From: Octopus sinensis | Taxonomy: Eukaryota | Length of the DNA: 64,000 bases | Direction of reading: 5' to 3' | Assembly (NCBI RefSeq): GCF_006345805.1 | Contig: NC_043001.1 | Span: forward strand, 104,160,001-104,224,000 | Shown here: positions 49,190-62,056 of the stretch, in pieces | Position numbering within the stretch: the first letter of the stretch is position 1 | Layout of the letters: each line of letters starts with the position of its first letter | Position numbers and translations under genes: made by a program | Notes under the pieces: generated by a model | The model's database searches: none | What the model was told of the DNA's origin: nothing | The model's input: only the letters and a program-made list of their open reading frames with translations

Positions 49190-49980
49190 TCTGATGACAC
49201 AGGAGCTACTGGATCATGTTTTTTCTCCTCTCCATTCTGGGCAAGCTCTTCACCAGGACCCCACCCCACCTCACCAGCCATGCCACCCACAACAAGTCAG
49301 ATCCATGCTCAATCTATCTACCACCATCCATATTTTTGTCCTTCACCTCATCCTTGGAAGATCTCAGGATTTCTGCAAAGATCACCGCCTCTACATCACC
49401 TTCGTTGATCTCATGGCAGCTTTTGACATGGTCAACCATGCATCCCTCTAGAAAATTTTCAAATTCATCAGCGCACCTCCCAAGGTCACCCCACCACTCC
49501 TATTCCAATGGCTCTGTTGCAGTGCTGAGAGCTGTGTATGCATAGACAGAAAGGACTCTGACTAGTTCCCCATCAACAACAGGTTCAGACAGAGTTGTGT
49601 GACCATCCACGACCTCTTCAACTGTGTCATCGATTATCTGATGACCAAGGTCTGTGAGTAAGTCTCTGGTGTTACCTTTGGGAACTACCGCCTTACTGAC
49701 CTGGAGTATGTGTACAACACCAATCATTTCAGCAACTTGATTAACATGCTCATGGACAAATTGACCATACAGAGAGAAGAAACAGCAAAGCTTGACTTTC
49801 AGATGAGTTGGGTGAAGACTAAGCTGATGCATGTCAGAGATGGGCCAGACCTTTCCCCTCTCCATATTGGTCCCGATGTTATGAAGTTCGTCAGCCCCTT
49901 CATCTACCTTGACTCCACAGTCACCAACTGCAGATGTGGTCTGGCTACCAGGGTCATGTACTCTCTATACAAGTCTCAAG
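49190..49980 (+). mobile_element. RTE-type LINE reverse-transcriptase remnant
   Basis: LLSILGKLFTR, YITFVDLMAAFDMVNHASL, DLFNCVID, LTDLEY, SWVKTKLM; many frameshifts. Confidence 0.8.
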
Positions 49981-50172
49981 TGTAACAGGCCGAAACTGTA
50001 GTGATAATTGGAAAACTTGACTGATGAATAGAAAGCCACGAATGTTCCGTCCTGGTTTTCCTGTCCGTCCTTGTATGTTTTCATTGTTGTCCGTTACGTG
50101 CTTGTTTCGTTTTTTATTTATTTGTGTAGGGGTGGGCTATGAGCTGTTTTGACTGCTATTTCTAGCAATAAC

Positions 50173-53100
50173 TGGTGAGCCCGATTATAGAGCAACAGTT
50201 CTCGCTATCGAAATAGACATGGCAAGCGATCACAAAACAACACTGAAGCTACGATTCTAGTCTAAGAGGGCTGAACTATGATTCATGTAGGCGGAAGTTC
50301 AATTTAACATAAGCAAAATAACTGCAGACCTAATTAAATATCCGTATGTTATAGCGGCAGTGGATGAAGATACGGCAACAAAGATGCTGGACATTTTAAC
50401 CCAACCCCCAGCAACGTACAAATACACCACATTGAAATACAGACTGGTGAGTACAATCCAGCGCAGCGAAAGAGAAGCGGCTGCCAAGATACTGGAGGAG
50501 GAATTAGGCGATTCTAAGTCTTCGGAGTTGATGGACAAGATGTTGGCATTAGCTCCCCACGGTGAGTCACCTTCCCTTTTTTAGGGGAATATTCCTCCGC
50601 AAGTTACCATCCTAGGTCCAGGCCCTCATAACTCAGACCCAGATCAAGGACATACTGCAATTAGCGAAAGCAGCTGACAAGCATTTTTTTATCCAATGGT
50701 GTTATGGTCAACACCATAGGGTCGGCTCCGAGACATGGTAGAATTAAACAAGACGACCTGTGCTTCTACTACACAAAGTTCAGGAAAATGGCTAGAAAGT
50801 GCAAACAACCATGTAGCTTCGGGACTTCTTCACCATTGGCCCAGGGAAATTCCAGGGCTGACCGCCATTGAATGCCCTGGTGGCCGGCAGACACGATCAA
50901 CTGCTCCTCTGTGTCTGCAATCGGAGCTCCGGGCGTAGGCTCCTAATCGACACAGGAGCAGAAATCAGCGTTATCCCAGCATCGGTAAAGGACTTCCGTT
51001 ACGGAAAGCGGAGTCAACCTTTAACAGCCGCCATCGGGTCCACAATCGAGGTATACGGTCGCTGCCTCCTTTCTCTCAGCATCAATTTACAAAAATACAC
51101 ATGGGCATTCACCATCGCCGATGTCCACCAGCCCATTACCGGGGCAGACGTTATTCGAGCACACTTGCTACTGGTTGATTTGCAGGGCAGACGATTCATC
51201 AACAGTAACACATACGCATCCGTATTTCTGACAATATCTCCACATACCGCCACCCCCGCATAGCAACCGTCTCTCAGACCGAGAACGAATTCCCGAATCT
51301 CCTTGTGAGATGCCCCAATCTCACTACCCCGACATTTTTCAAACCTACAGCCCACTACGGGGAAACATACCGCAACCCCACCATGGCCACCCCCTCCCCC
51401 AGTGCATAGCCGCACACGTCATCTATCACCAGATAAATTTGCTATTGCAATAGCTGAGTTTGACAATATGGAGGTGTTGAGCATAGTTCGCCGATCAAGC
51501 AGTCCTTGGTCGTCACCTCTGCATGTAACACCGAAACCCAACGGAGGTTATCGGCCCTGCGGAAATTACCGCCGTCTCAACGCAGACACGACACCTGATC
51601 GCTACCCCCATTTTGCACATACAGGATCTCTCAGCCCAGCTAGCCGGATGCTCGGTTTTCTCGAAGGTCGACCTCATCCGAGATTACCACTAAATACAAG
51701 TACAAGATGGCGATGTACCGAAAGCCGCTGTAATCACTCCTTTAGGTTTGTAAGAATTCCAACGTACACCCTTTGGCAGCACAATCCTTCAAACGCTTGA
51801 TGGACACCGTGTGCACGAGTCTTGAGTTCTTCTTTGCATATACTTAGATAATATCCTTATTGCAAGCCAAAATGCGGAGCTACACAAGAAGCACCCAGTG
51901 ACACTTTTTGATAGACTGGAACAGTATGGTCTAGTACTCAACCCTGCCAAGTATGTTTTGGGTATTACAGAAATCGACTTCTTTGGACATCGAATCACAG
52001 GTGCCGGCGTTACACTCCTGCCAGAAAAAGTGAAAGCTATCCTATCATTTTCGTGCCCCACCAAAGCAAGGTTCTACACCAATTTGTGGGCATGGTAAAC
52101 TTTTACCATCGCTTCATCCCTTCTGCGGCAAGAGTGATGAGACCCCTATACAAGGCACTGTCAAAAGAGGGTTCAATAAGATAGGTGGTGTGGGATAGAA
52201 TAATGACTACAGCCTTCGAATTCACAAAACAAGCCCTGGCTAAAGCAACTAGCCTTATATGTCAACTTGGACTGCACTCACAGTTGATGCCTCTGATAGA
52301 GCCATTGGAGTGGGGGTTGGAACAACACATCAACAGTCAGTGGCGACCACTCGCCTTCTTCAGCCGACAACTACGATCCCCTGAACAGAAATTCAGTGCT
52401 TTTGACAAGGAACTACTGGCTGTCCATCTAGGTGTCCGTCACATTTGCTATTTCCTTGAAGGCCGCACGTTTACAGTCTTCACATACCACAAACCACTCA
52501 CCTTTGCTATGAGCAAGCTCTCGGAGCCTTTGTCTGCACGCCAGCAACGACAGCTATCGGCCATTTCTGAGTACACCACGGACATCCAACACAAAGCCGG
52601 CAAGGGCAATCCAGTTTCCGACGCCTTTACCAAGCCCTAATAACGGAAGGCCTGGATTACCAGGCTATGGCTGCAGCCCAATAGACATATGACAAGATCA
52701 GGGCCTACCACACTGCCATCACGTCACTTTCATTGCAGGATGTGTATTTTGGCTCTAACGGCACAACCCCACTGTGTGATGTATCCACTGGAAAGCCATG
52801 ACCAATCGTCCCATTACCCTGGCGCAGGATAGTTTTCGACGGTATTCACGGGCTGTCCTACCCAGATACTAAAGCTATACGGTGCCTGCTGTCAAGCAAA
52901 TTTATCTGGTACGGTATGCCCAAGCAAATTGGAGAGTGGGCCAGGACCTGCATCCCCTGTCAACAAACCAAGGTGTCCCAAACAGCATCTCATCCGATCG
53001 GGGCCCACTATTCACCTCAAATCTGTAGAATGACATGTGCGACCTTTTTGGAATCATAATGAACCGCACAACAGCCTACAATCCACAAGCCGTGGATGAT

Positions 53101-53875
53101 ACTGGAAATCCGCACCGCCCCAAAAGAAAATTTCAACACTTCCTCCGCGGAAATTGTGTATGGTGCCTCTCTTACAGTGCCAGGAGAGTTCCTTTTGAAT
53201 ACGACATCAAACCCGGATGTTGAAAGGTACCTCAAATGAGAGACAGCGTGGGCCAGTTGTGCTCTATATTCCGATGTCAACACACAGTACACCCAGTTCA
53301 TCCGCACCGAACGAACTCCGGGCGGCGAACTTTTAGCTGGTTCGACGTGACACTCGAAGAAAACTCGTCCAGTCACCCTACGATGGTCCGTATGAAGTCA
53401 TACGTCCAAGAGACAAATCATTTCAACTCCTAATTGGCGGATGACAGGACACAGTTTCCATCGATTGGTTGAAACCGGCCCATCTCGATATTGACAGTCG
53501 CATTCAGGTAGCCCAACCACCAAACAGGGTCCGCCCCAGGCAGATCACACCAACCCTTAGCAAAGAACACTCACCAAAGAACCGAGTAACCACACGCACG
53601 AGCAGGACAATTAAAAGGCCTTCCCGTTTCCAATAACAGTCATTTATAATGCGGGTGAGGAGCTATGTAGGGCAGGATTTATGACAGACGAACTGTAGAC
53701 AGGAACTTCGCTGCGGGCTAGCTAGGGAGTTGATCAGCAGCGAAGAAGACTTCCGGTAGAGCCGGTTTTGGAGAACCAGAAGCAACTGGTGACTGTCGCC
53801 CCGATGTACTTAAAGGAATAGATATTTCATTAACAAATTTTCATCTCCAAGTGTTTATTTGTATGTAGCTTAACA
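50173..53875 (+). mobile_element. Decayed Gypsy (Ty3/Gypsy, CsRn1/Boudicca-like) LTR retrotransposon
   Basis: PBS-like TGGTGAGCCCG at 50173; gag (KYTTLKYRL...ELGDSKSSELMDKM), protease LIDTGAEISV, RT SSPWSSPLH...RPCGNYRRLN, RNase H LAFFSR.L...DKELLAV, integrase zinc finger and GPY; frameshifts; most of the integrase core is missing. Confidence 0.92.
53666..53875 (+). repeat. Putative 3' LTR
   Basis: Purine tract GCGGGTGAGGAG then TGTAGG...TAACA. Confidence 0.55.
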
Positions 53876-54146
53876 AAGTTATGCCCATCGTATTTATTTA
53901 TATATATATTTGTGTCCGTGTTTGTCCCCCACCATCACTTGACACCGATGTTGGTGTGTTTACGTCCCTGTAACTTAGCTATTCGGAAAAAGAGACAGAT
54001 AGAATAAGGACTAGGCTTACAAAGAATAATTCCTGAGGTCGATTTGTTCGACTGAAGGTGGTGCTCCAGCATGGCCGTAGTCAAATGACTGAAAGAAATA
54101 AAGTTATATACATATATATACACATACACACACACATATACAAGAA

Positions 54147-54795
54147 GGGCGGCGAGCTGGCAGAATCGTTAGCACGTTGGGCGAAATGCTTAGTCGTATT
54201 TCGTCTGCCGTTACGTTCTGTGTTCAAATTCCGCCGAGGTCGACTTTGCCTTTCATCCTTTCGGGGTCGATTAAATAAGTACCAGTTACGCACTGGGGTC
54301 AATATAATCGACTTAATAACTATGTCTGTCCTTTTTTCTCCTCTCTGTGTTTAGCCCCTTGCGGGTAGTAAAGAACAAGGTATTTCGTCTGCCATTACGT
54401 TCTGAGTTCAAATTCCGCCGAGGTCGACTTTGCCTTTCATCCTTTTGGGGTCGATTAAATAAGTACCAGTTACGCACTGGAGTCGATATAATCGACTTAA
54501 TCCATTTGTCTGCCCTTGTTTGTCCTCTCTGTGTTTAGCCCCTTGTGGGTAGTAAAGAAATAGGTATTTATAAGGCGGCGAGCTGGCAGAAACGTTAGCG
54601 CGCCGGGCGAAATGCTTAGCGGTATTCCGTCTGCCGCTACGTTCTGAGTTCAAATTTCGCCGAGGTCGACTTTGCCTTTCATCCTTTCGGGGTCGATTAA
54701 ATAAGTACCGGTTACGCACTGGGGTCGATGTAAACGACTTAATCCCTTTGTCCGTGTTTGTCCCCTCTGTGTTTAGCCCCCTGTGGGCAATAAAG

Positions 54796-54799
<4 letters not shown>
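54147..54799 (+). mobile_element. Tandem array of three family B SINEs
   Basis: Unit 1 full from 54147, unit 2 headless from about 54379, unit 3 full from 54574. Confidence 0.9.
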
Positions 54800-54837
<38 letters not shown>

Positions 54838-54842
<5 letters not shown>

Positions 54843-55038
54843 CACGTCTGTGTGTGTGTATTGATGTATACTAATCCATTAAAATCCAAACTAAACAAAA
54901 GTCGTATGTTAATGGTAAGTGATGATTTGATTTTGAAAGTGAACTGGGGTAAATGAATGATAAAAGTCGGCAAAATAAAATGAAACAGGTTTACAATGAG
55001 GTGGGGTTAAAAGTCAGAAACTTATGGAGAGTGAAAGC

Positions 55039-55074
<36 letters not shown>

Positions 55075-55481
55075 GAGGTGTTTATCTCTATGTCGACATA
55101 TGCATCCATATGCAGTTATGTTGATTACATATAATGATATAAAAGTGCTGATGCTAACAGGAAATATTGAGCTCAAAACATGAGTAAGTGCCAACGCAAG
55201 AAACTCTCGGCCCTTGTGTCGCTCTATTAGTTCCGCTAAATATTTATAAAAATATACCTATACTCATGTTTTGAGTTCTACTTTGGCTGTTTGCACCAAC
55301 ATACCTACATATATATATATACATATAGCATTGAGTCACTCTGCTGCTTCAGCTAATATATATATATATGTGTGTGTGTGTCTATATATATATATATGAT
55401 AGATTGTCTTGTGAACGAGAAATGAGACTTCAGTAAAATAAGGCATTGATCAACGTTCAATGGACAAGAATATATATATAT

Positions 55482-55517
<36 letters not shown>

Positions 55518-55717
55518 CATACACGTCTGTGTGTGTGTATTGATGTATACTAATCCATTAAAATCCAAACTAAACAAAAGTCGTATGTTAATGGTAAGTG
55601 ATGATTTGATTTTGAAAGTGAACTGGGGTAAATGAATGATAAAAGTCGGCAAAATAAAATGAAACAGGTTTACAATGAGGTGGGGTTAAAAGTCAGAAAC
55701 TTATGGAGAGTGAAAGC

Positions 55718-55755
<38 letters not shown>

Positions 55756-56155
55756 GAGGTGTTTATCTCTATGTCGACATATGCATCCATATGCAGTTAT
55801 GTTGATTACATATAATGATATAAAAGTGCTGATGCTAACAGGAAATATTGAGCTCAAAACATGAGTAAGTGCCAACGCAAGAAACTCTCGGCCCTTGTGT
55901 CGCTCTATTAGTTCCGCTAAATATTTATAAAAATATACCTATACTCATGTTTTGAGTTCTACTTTGGCTGTTTGCACCAACATACCTACATATATATATA
56001 TACATATAGCATTGAGTCACTCTGCTGCTTCAGCTAAATATATATATATATATGTGTGTGTGTGTGTCTATATATATATATATGATAGATTGTCTTGTGA
56101 ACGAGAAATGAGACTTCAGTAAAATAAGGCATTGATCAACGTTCAATGGACAAGA
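54838..56155. repeat. Tandem duplication of a unit of about 635 bp bounded by (TA)n
   Basis: About 54838-55469 vs 55517-56155; differences seen mainly in microsatellite length. Confidence 0.9.
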
Positions 56156-56165
56156 TATATATATA

Positions 56166-56213
<48 letters not shown>

Positions 56214-56231
56214 AATGTCCATGTCTGTATG

Positions 56232-56276
<45 letters not shown>

Positions 56277-56349
56277 ATGCATGCATACACATACGTAGAT
56301 GCCTGCATACCTATACACACATATACACCAGGCTTTTATACATCTATTC

Positions 56350-57044
56350 ACACATAGGAACGCCCGTGACGAGGGGGAGAGGGGGAGGAAAGAAGCCGAA
56401 GCCGAAGCCGCCGCTGCTGCTGCTGCTACCGCCGCGACGCTATATTTCATCCTCCTCCTCCTCCTTCCCCCCGCCTCCCTCCCCCTGTCTGCTTCGTTTT
56501 CGAACGCAGGTTAAAGAATTGCCTCCTTCTTGTGCGTATGGCTTTCCATATTATTATTATTAATATCAATATTGATAATCGTTATTATCGTCATTATTAT
56601 TTATCCTCATTATTGTTGTTGTTGTTGCCAGACACCTTTAATTTTTTACATTTAACTCCACTTTGTTGCCTCAGATTTCTCGCCGCTCCTTTTTCACTCT
56701 AAATTATTCTTGAAAGAAACCTTGCGACTTTTTGTTTAAATAATTTTAATAATAATTAATCCATTCAAACCCAAAACCTGTTCCATGTCGTCTTCCTCGT
56801 TGACCGACACTCGGGAAACATTCATTTTATTCTTACACCTTGCTCTCTAACACTTATTTTTTTTTTTTGTCATATTAAATGGCTTGTTATTTTTAAAGAA
56901 CAAAAATATAATTTATATTTATAATTCAAAGACGAAAACCCAAAAAAATATTGAATATTTTTTCTTGTCTCCTCAACTTTAAAAGAAACCCGACATAAAC
57001 TGTTTTGGCCAAAACTCCTCGCTAATATTTTTTCCTTTTATCTG
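56350..57044 (+). promoter_or_regulatory. GC/CpG-rich promoter and probable non-coding first exon of the downstream gene
   Basis: GCC/GCT/CCT triplet-rich CpG-retaining island at 56350-56520; strong donor CTG|GTAAGT at 57045; TSS not determinable. Confidence 0.5.
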
Positions 57045-59686
57045 GTAAGTTTTTCATTATATTATTCTATATTTTTCAAACTTTTTTTTATCTAAATCTT
57101 TGTTCTTTCATTCAAAAATATCTTAGAAAAAAAAAACATTATTTTCAGTGAAATATTCTCTGTTTTACTTGACTTCCATTTGAGCCATTTCACTTGCTCT
57201 TCTTAAACCAACTTTTAAGTAAATTCTATTTAGACAACCTATTGTTTTATTTATTTAAATGTTACACTAAAAGTAGATGAGAATATTTTTTCCATATATT
57301 TCCCATAAACTCTTCAACAAACAATCAAAATCAATATTCTTTCCAAACGGTTTGTATGACATTGTAATTTTTCAAACCATTTTACAGCTTTGTCATTCTT
57401 TCATTTTCTCTCCCACATACACACTAATTTTTCTTTGAATAATTTTCCAGAAACTTCGTTTTTTATTGAATTCCTCTTTCCTGCCAACCACAACAGTTGT
57501 CAGTGTTTTTATTGTATAATCCTCCAAAGTGCTCTGCGTCTTGCAGCCATTGACATCGTCTGCCTCCTTCAATAATGGCCACAACATACAAAAGGCATTG
57601 AGACATCGTCTGCCTCGCTCAATAATGGATAGATATATATATAATATATATACATATATTTATATATTATGTATATAATGTCTGTTCCAGACAGACGTCG
57701 TATGTCGTCGTCGTCGCTTTTACCTTTTATTTCTCACAAATGGCTATCGTTCACTTTTCACGCCATTTCATACTTTATACATCTCAATTCGTTTCTGCCA
57801 CATTTCTATCACTTCTATTGAAATATTTTGTATGGAATTATTTTTAAATGCCCCCCGATATCCCCCCCTTTTTTTGTTTTTCACTGAACAGCTTTATTAT
57901 TATTATTTTTGCTTTATATAAATTTCCTTTCCATCTTTGCTACCAATAAAAATATATTTACCTTTCAAATTGGGATAAAATGTTGGTGAAACTCTCAACT
58001 TTGTGTAATTACCATTTGAGCCAAATGGTTCGTATTAGTATGGCGCATTTGTCAGTTCGAATCCCGCCAAGGTAAACTTTTCCATGTTTCATTTTAGTGG
58101 TGGGTTTGGGGGAGACGATGAAATAACAAGATTGTTACCGAATACTTTTGGAATTCACACCGCAAATGTCTTCCCTTGAGACGACCAAGAGGAGCCAATC
58201 GTTCAATACGCTAGAAATAGCTGTTCAGATCTCTCTTGAATCCTATCCTACCGTTGGTAATGAAGGACATTGGATATATATGTGAAAATAGTTTGAATAA
58301 AAAGACTATGGTCACGACTGGAACGTCTTTTGGTGGGTCGACCTGGGGATAAACAACAAACGCCATTTCTTAAAAATGTCCATTTTTCTATCAAGTGTTT
58401 CACTTCGAAAATGGAAAACCTGTTTTAGTCTCGGTTATTTTTGTTTAGCTCCATGGTAGCGCCAATTGAGCGTCACCCATCTTTTTGTATATTTAGGACC
58501 CCTTTTTTTTCTTTTTAAGATATGTGACTTAAGGGAGGTTTGATCCCGGCCACCATATCTCAGCTCTTTCTTTGATCTTTTAGAATTAAAGGTGAGAAGC
58601 AGTCGATTCTCTTTGAGGTTTACCTGTCATAAAATAGTTTATCGACTTGAAATATCAGTGAAGAAGATTTAGTCCAACCCCAACACTTGGCAGTTATTTT
58701 ATCGAACCGTAGTGGAATCCTTTTTAGATTTTAGAAAATGTCTTTGACAAGTGACATTGCTTAATTTTTGTATTTGTTCCTGGGTGTTTTTGACCATAAA
58801 CTTCGCCGTTTACTAAATGGAAATTGGCCTAGGATAAAAAGCAGATATTTCAGATAAGGGAATAAGCATTAGAATCCCAAGAAACCAGCGGTTGTCCTTG
58901 TGTTTTGGTAACTAGCAGCAAATCCAAGTTGTTTTGAGTGGAATAAATCTAGTTTGCCATGAGAAAGTCGAGGGGTCATTGTTCTGAGACTTGGAAATAA
59001 TAATTAAAGATTACCAATTCTAAATGATAGAACCAGGAGCTGTCTCTGTTTAAATTTTGACAAAGCTTTTTTCTTGATAATTTAATTAGCTTGTGTAATT
59101 AATTAGGCGGTCTTTCGTTACAAGAACACACGACTGCTAGTTACAAACAGGTGTTCCAGCAACTGAAATAACAACGGAAGTTTATTCATTGAAATTAATG
59201 TAAGCGGATTATCTTGTAGGCAATTGTTTAATCCTCACAATGTGACAAATATGGCCTCTAAGGTTACCTTAGGAGACACTTGCCCAAAACGTCGTGGTGG
59301 TGGTGGAATCGAACCCGGGACTTCATCATTGCAAAGCTAATAATTGTTGAAAAGGAAAAATGTAAATTCTATTTTCGTGGTCTGTGAGAGGAAAAAAAAA
59401 TATTAACTTCTTAAAACAGTTTAAATTAGGCCTACACAACTGACTTCAAAGAAAATGCTTGTGCAAATATTCTGGTTTATTGACTGAACTCCAAATCTTC
59501 CATTTACAAACCATAACTGTGTTAGCGGCAGGAGTCAATCTGCCGGGGATAGTAGCCAAATCTTCCTCAATATGCCCCATTTTCAATAAAAGACTACACT
59601 GAATAGAAGAAAAAGGCCAAGTTCCTAGACCTGGTGGAATCCAAGACTCAAAAAGTTATAAACTATTGAAAGTCTTTCGCTTTAAT

Positions 59687-59923
59687 CAGTAGTTCTCAGC
59701 CTTTTTTTTTTTCTTTTCTTCACCTATTCTTTGATTCATACTCTACTGGACCCTTATAGCCATTCAGTGTTTGAAAAGGAACCCTATTTTTAGAATTAAG
59801 TATCGTATAAAAAATTTTAATTTTGTGTAATGTTGAAGTATAACCAATTTATTGTCCATAAACTGAAACAATCTTATGTGGACCCTGAAGAATGGTCGTA
59901 GGGACCACGGTTGAAAACCCTTG
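59687..59923. mobile_element. hAT-type MITE
   Basis: CAGTAGTTCTCAGCC ... GGTTGAAAACCCTTG termini; TTTAA-containing flanks. Confidence 0.5.
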
Positions 59924-60278
59924 ATTTAAATGACTTTTTTTTTTCACCAAGAATATTTTAGATTTTGAGGCTTTAAATAGAAATTTTTTTCCTGTAAATC
60001 TTTGAAAAGGAAATTTCTAAAGAGGTACCTTAAGCCTGCCATCAATGTCTGGTTTATCATTGTTCTGTATTTGTGATTAGTTTCCATTAACTTAATTTAC
60101 CACCTCTGTTTTATGGATAGCGGCTACTTCCAGACTTGTACTCGTCATTCCTAGTGACTCATCCTTTCAATTCTGATCTGAACTGAACCCCAAAGTTTTC
60201 TTTGAACCTCTTTTTCCTATGAAAGTGACTTGTTTCGGTTTTGTTTTTTTAAACACTTTGGTTTTCTTTAAGATAAGA

Positions 60279-60535
60279 ATGTATGCATCTCCACTGCGTG
60301 ACGCCTTGCTGCCATCCAACCGGAATAATGGAGCGGATTCTAGTTTCCATCCTAGGTTTTCACTGTCACCTAACGAAAGTGCTGCAGAAACTGTGTCCCC
60401 TCCTACTTCTAATGTATGCCTAAAGCCCCTAATGGGTTATCAACAAGGTGATGAGACGTACTATATTGCCAGTCAATGGCTTGGTCAAACTGATGCAGCA
60501 GTTAGCAATCTCCAGCATAGTTCTTTAACCAACAG
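60279..60535 (+). CDS. Unidentified protein, coding exon 1 (MYASPLRDALL...)
   Basis: Acceptor TTTTCTTTAAG at 60272, ATG at 60279, donor AG|GTAAG; phase 2 matches the next exon. Confidence 0.75.
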
Positions 60536-60700
60536 GTAAGAAATTTCTGTTACTACTATAAATGGGATTTTCATTGTAATTAGTTATGGGCAGGTATGGT
60601 TTTTGTCATGTATCATATTGTTACATAATCAGATTTAGATAAAACTCATTGTGAACTGTCATTCCATTTATTATCAATGCTCTTTTTTTTTTCCACTTAG

Positions 60701-60825
60701 GAAGTTGATCCATAACATTGACTACAAATTCTCAAGAACTAAAGAATTAAGTTTTGAAAATTCTCGTTATCATAATTACATGGCTGATTCTGATACCAAT
60801 GCAAATTCTACAGAAAATGTTTCGA
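60701..60825 (+). CDS. Unidentified protein, coding exon 2
   Basis: TTTTCCACTTAG| ... A|GTAAG; 125 nt, open in the required frame, phase 2 to phase 1. Confidence 0.85.
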
Positions 60826-60906
60826 GTAAGTTATTTTCAGAAATAAATTGTTTCTACCTTTCTTCTAAATACCTGTGTGTAATATAAACTTTCTCTCTCT
60901 TTATAG

Positions 60907-61847
60907 GTTTTAAGAAGTCAACTGATGTGAATAATGTTAGGCAAATTCTTAAAGAAAATGTAAAACAATATACCAAAGTTGTAAACACATTACCAGCAGG
61001 AGATAATAAGAATGATCTCTCTGGTGCAATGTTTCGACAGATGGCTGCCTCTTGTGGTATACATGTTGAAGACCCAAAATCTTTTTCTGATAGTTTCGAT
61101 ATGCAGCAGCCAGACAATGAATTGACTAATGAAATTTTACCTAACAAAATTACCACAGTGACACTTCAAAAAACTAAGAATTCTTATGAGAATAAATTGT
61201 TGGATATTGAACCAGAGATGCAGTCGATGAAGCTGGAATATTCTGCAATTGAAGTTGTTTCGAAAAACTCCATGATGGATGCTTGGAAACCTGAGTGGAT
61301 GAACAGTGGCCTGTCCAATAAAGCAAACCCAAGTCCTGATACCCAGTACAACATAATGCCACACCACTCACAAATCAATGGATGTAGCTCAGCATGTCAA
61401 GATTCTATAGGTTTTGAAACTTGCATAGAGAAGGCTAATGCCTTAAAATCAGAAAATGCTGATTGTATAACTGTTGGCCAGTTTGATCTGGTTGGTCAGA
61501 ACATCTGCTTCCCTGGAAATAAAGACTATCCCAGGAGAATTACGAATCTACCAGTGGAAATAACTAGTGATGTGACATCCGAACAATTGGAACTAGACTC
61601 TTTGTCTTCGAAAATAAACAGTATGTCTACTCAGACAGAAGTTGTGGAGCCGGTGTACAAAAGTTCAGGACAAACAGTGACTTCCAACAAAGGAAACCAA
61701 ATAAGTGTTTTGATGATGGATGCTGCTGTTAATGTTAATCTCTGTGGATGTGCAGATAAAGGGAAGACTAGCAGTGCCAAAGAAATATCAACACAAACTG
61801 AATTGCCCTTCATAAGCAGTGGACAAGAAAAATCTATAAAGCAGTGG
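60907..61847 (+). CDS. Unidentified protein, coding exon 3
   Basis: CTCTTTATAG| ... TGG|GTAAGT; 941 nt open (ORF 60927-61862), phase 1 to phase 0. Confidence 0.9.
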
Positions 61848-62056
61848 GTAAGTAGAAAGTAAATATTTTAAGAGCCAGGTATGGTGGAGAAGAAATTGTT
61901 GGAATTTTAAATTATTGAAATTAAAATACTGAATTTATTGTTGAGCATGTTAATATCTATGTTGAAATTCCACTGTGGTGTTGTGGGGAGGTCATAAAAT
62001 GTTAAAATATCCCTTGGTTCTGTTTATTTTCTGACCATTAATGAATTCTATTTCAG

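Noticed and set aside
49981-50120. 5' LTR of the Gypsy element, or a type II hammerhead (GAAAC ... CTGATGA)
   Set aside because: No similarity to the 3' LTR and no stem II closure; at most a truncated PLE-tail fragment
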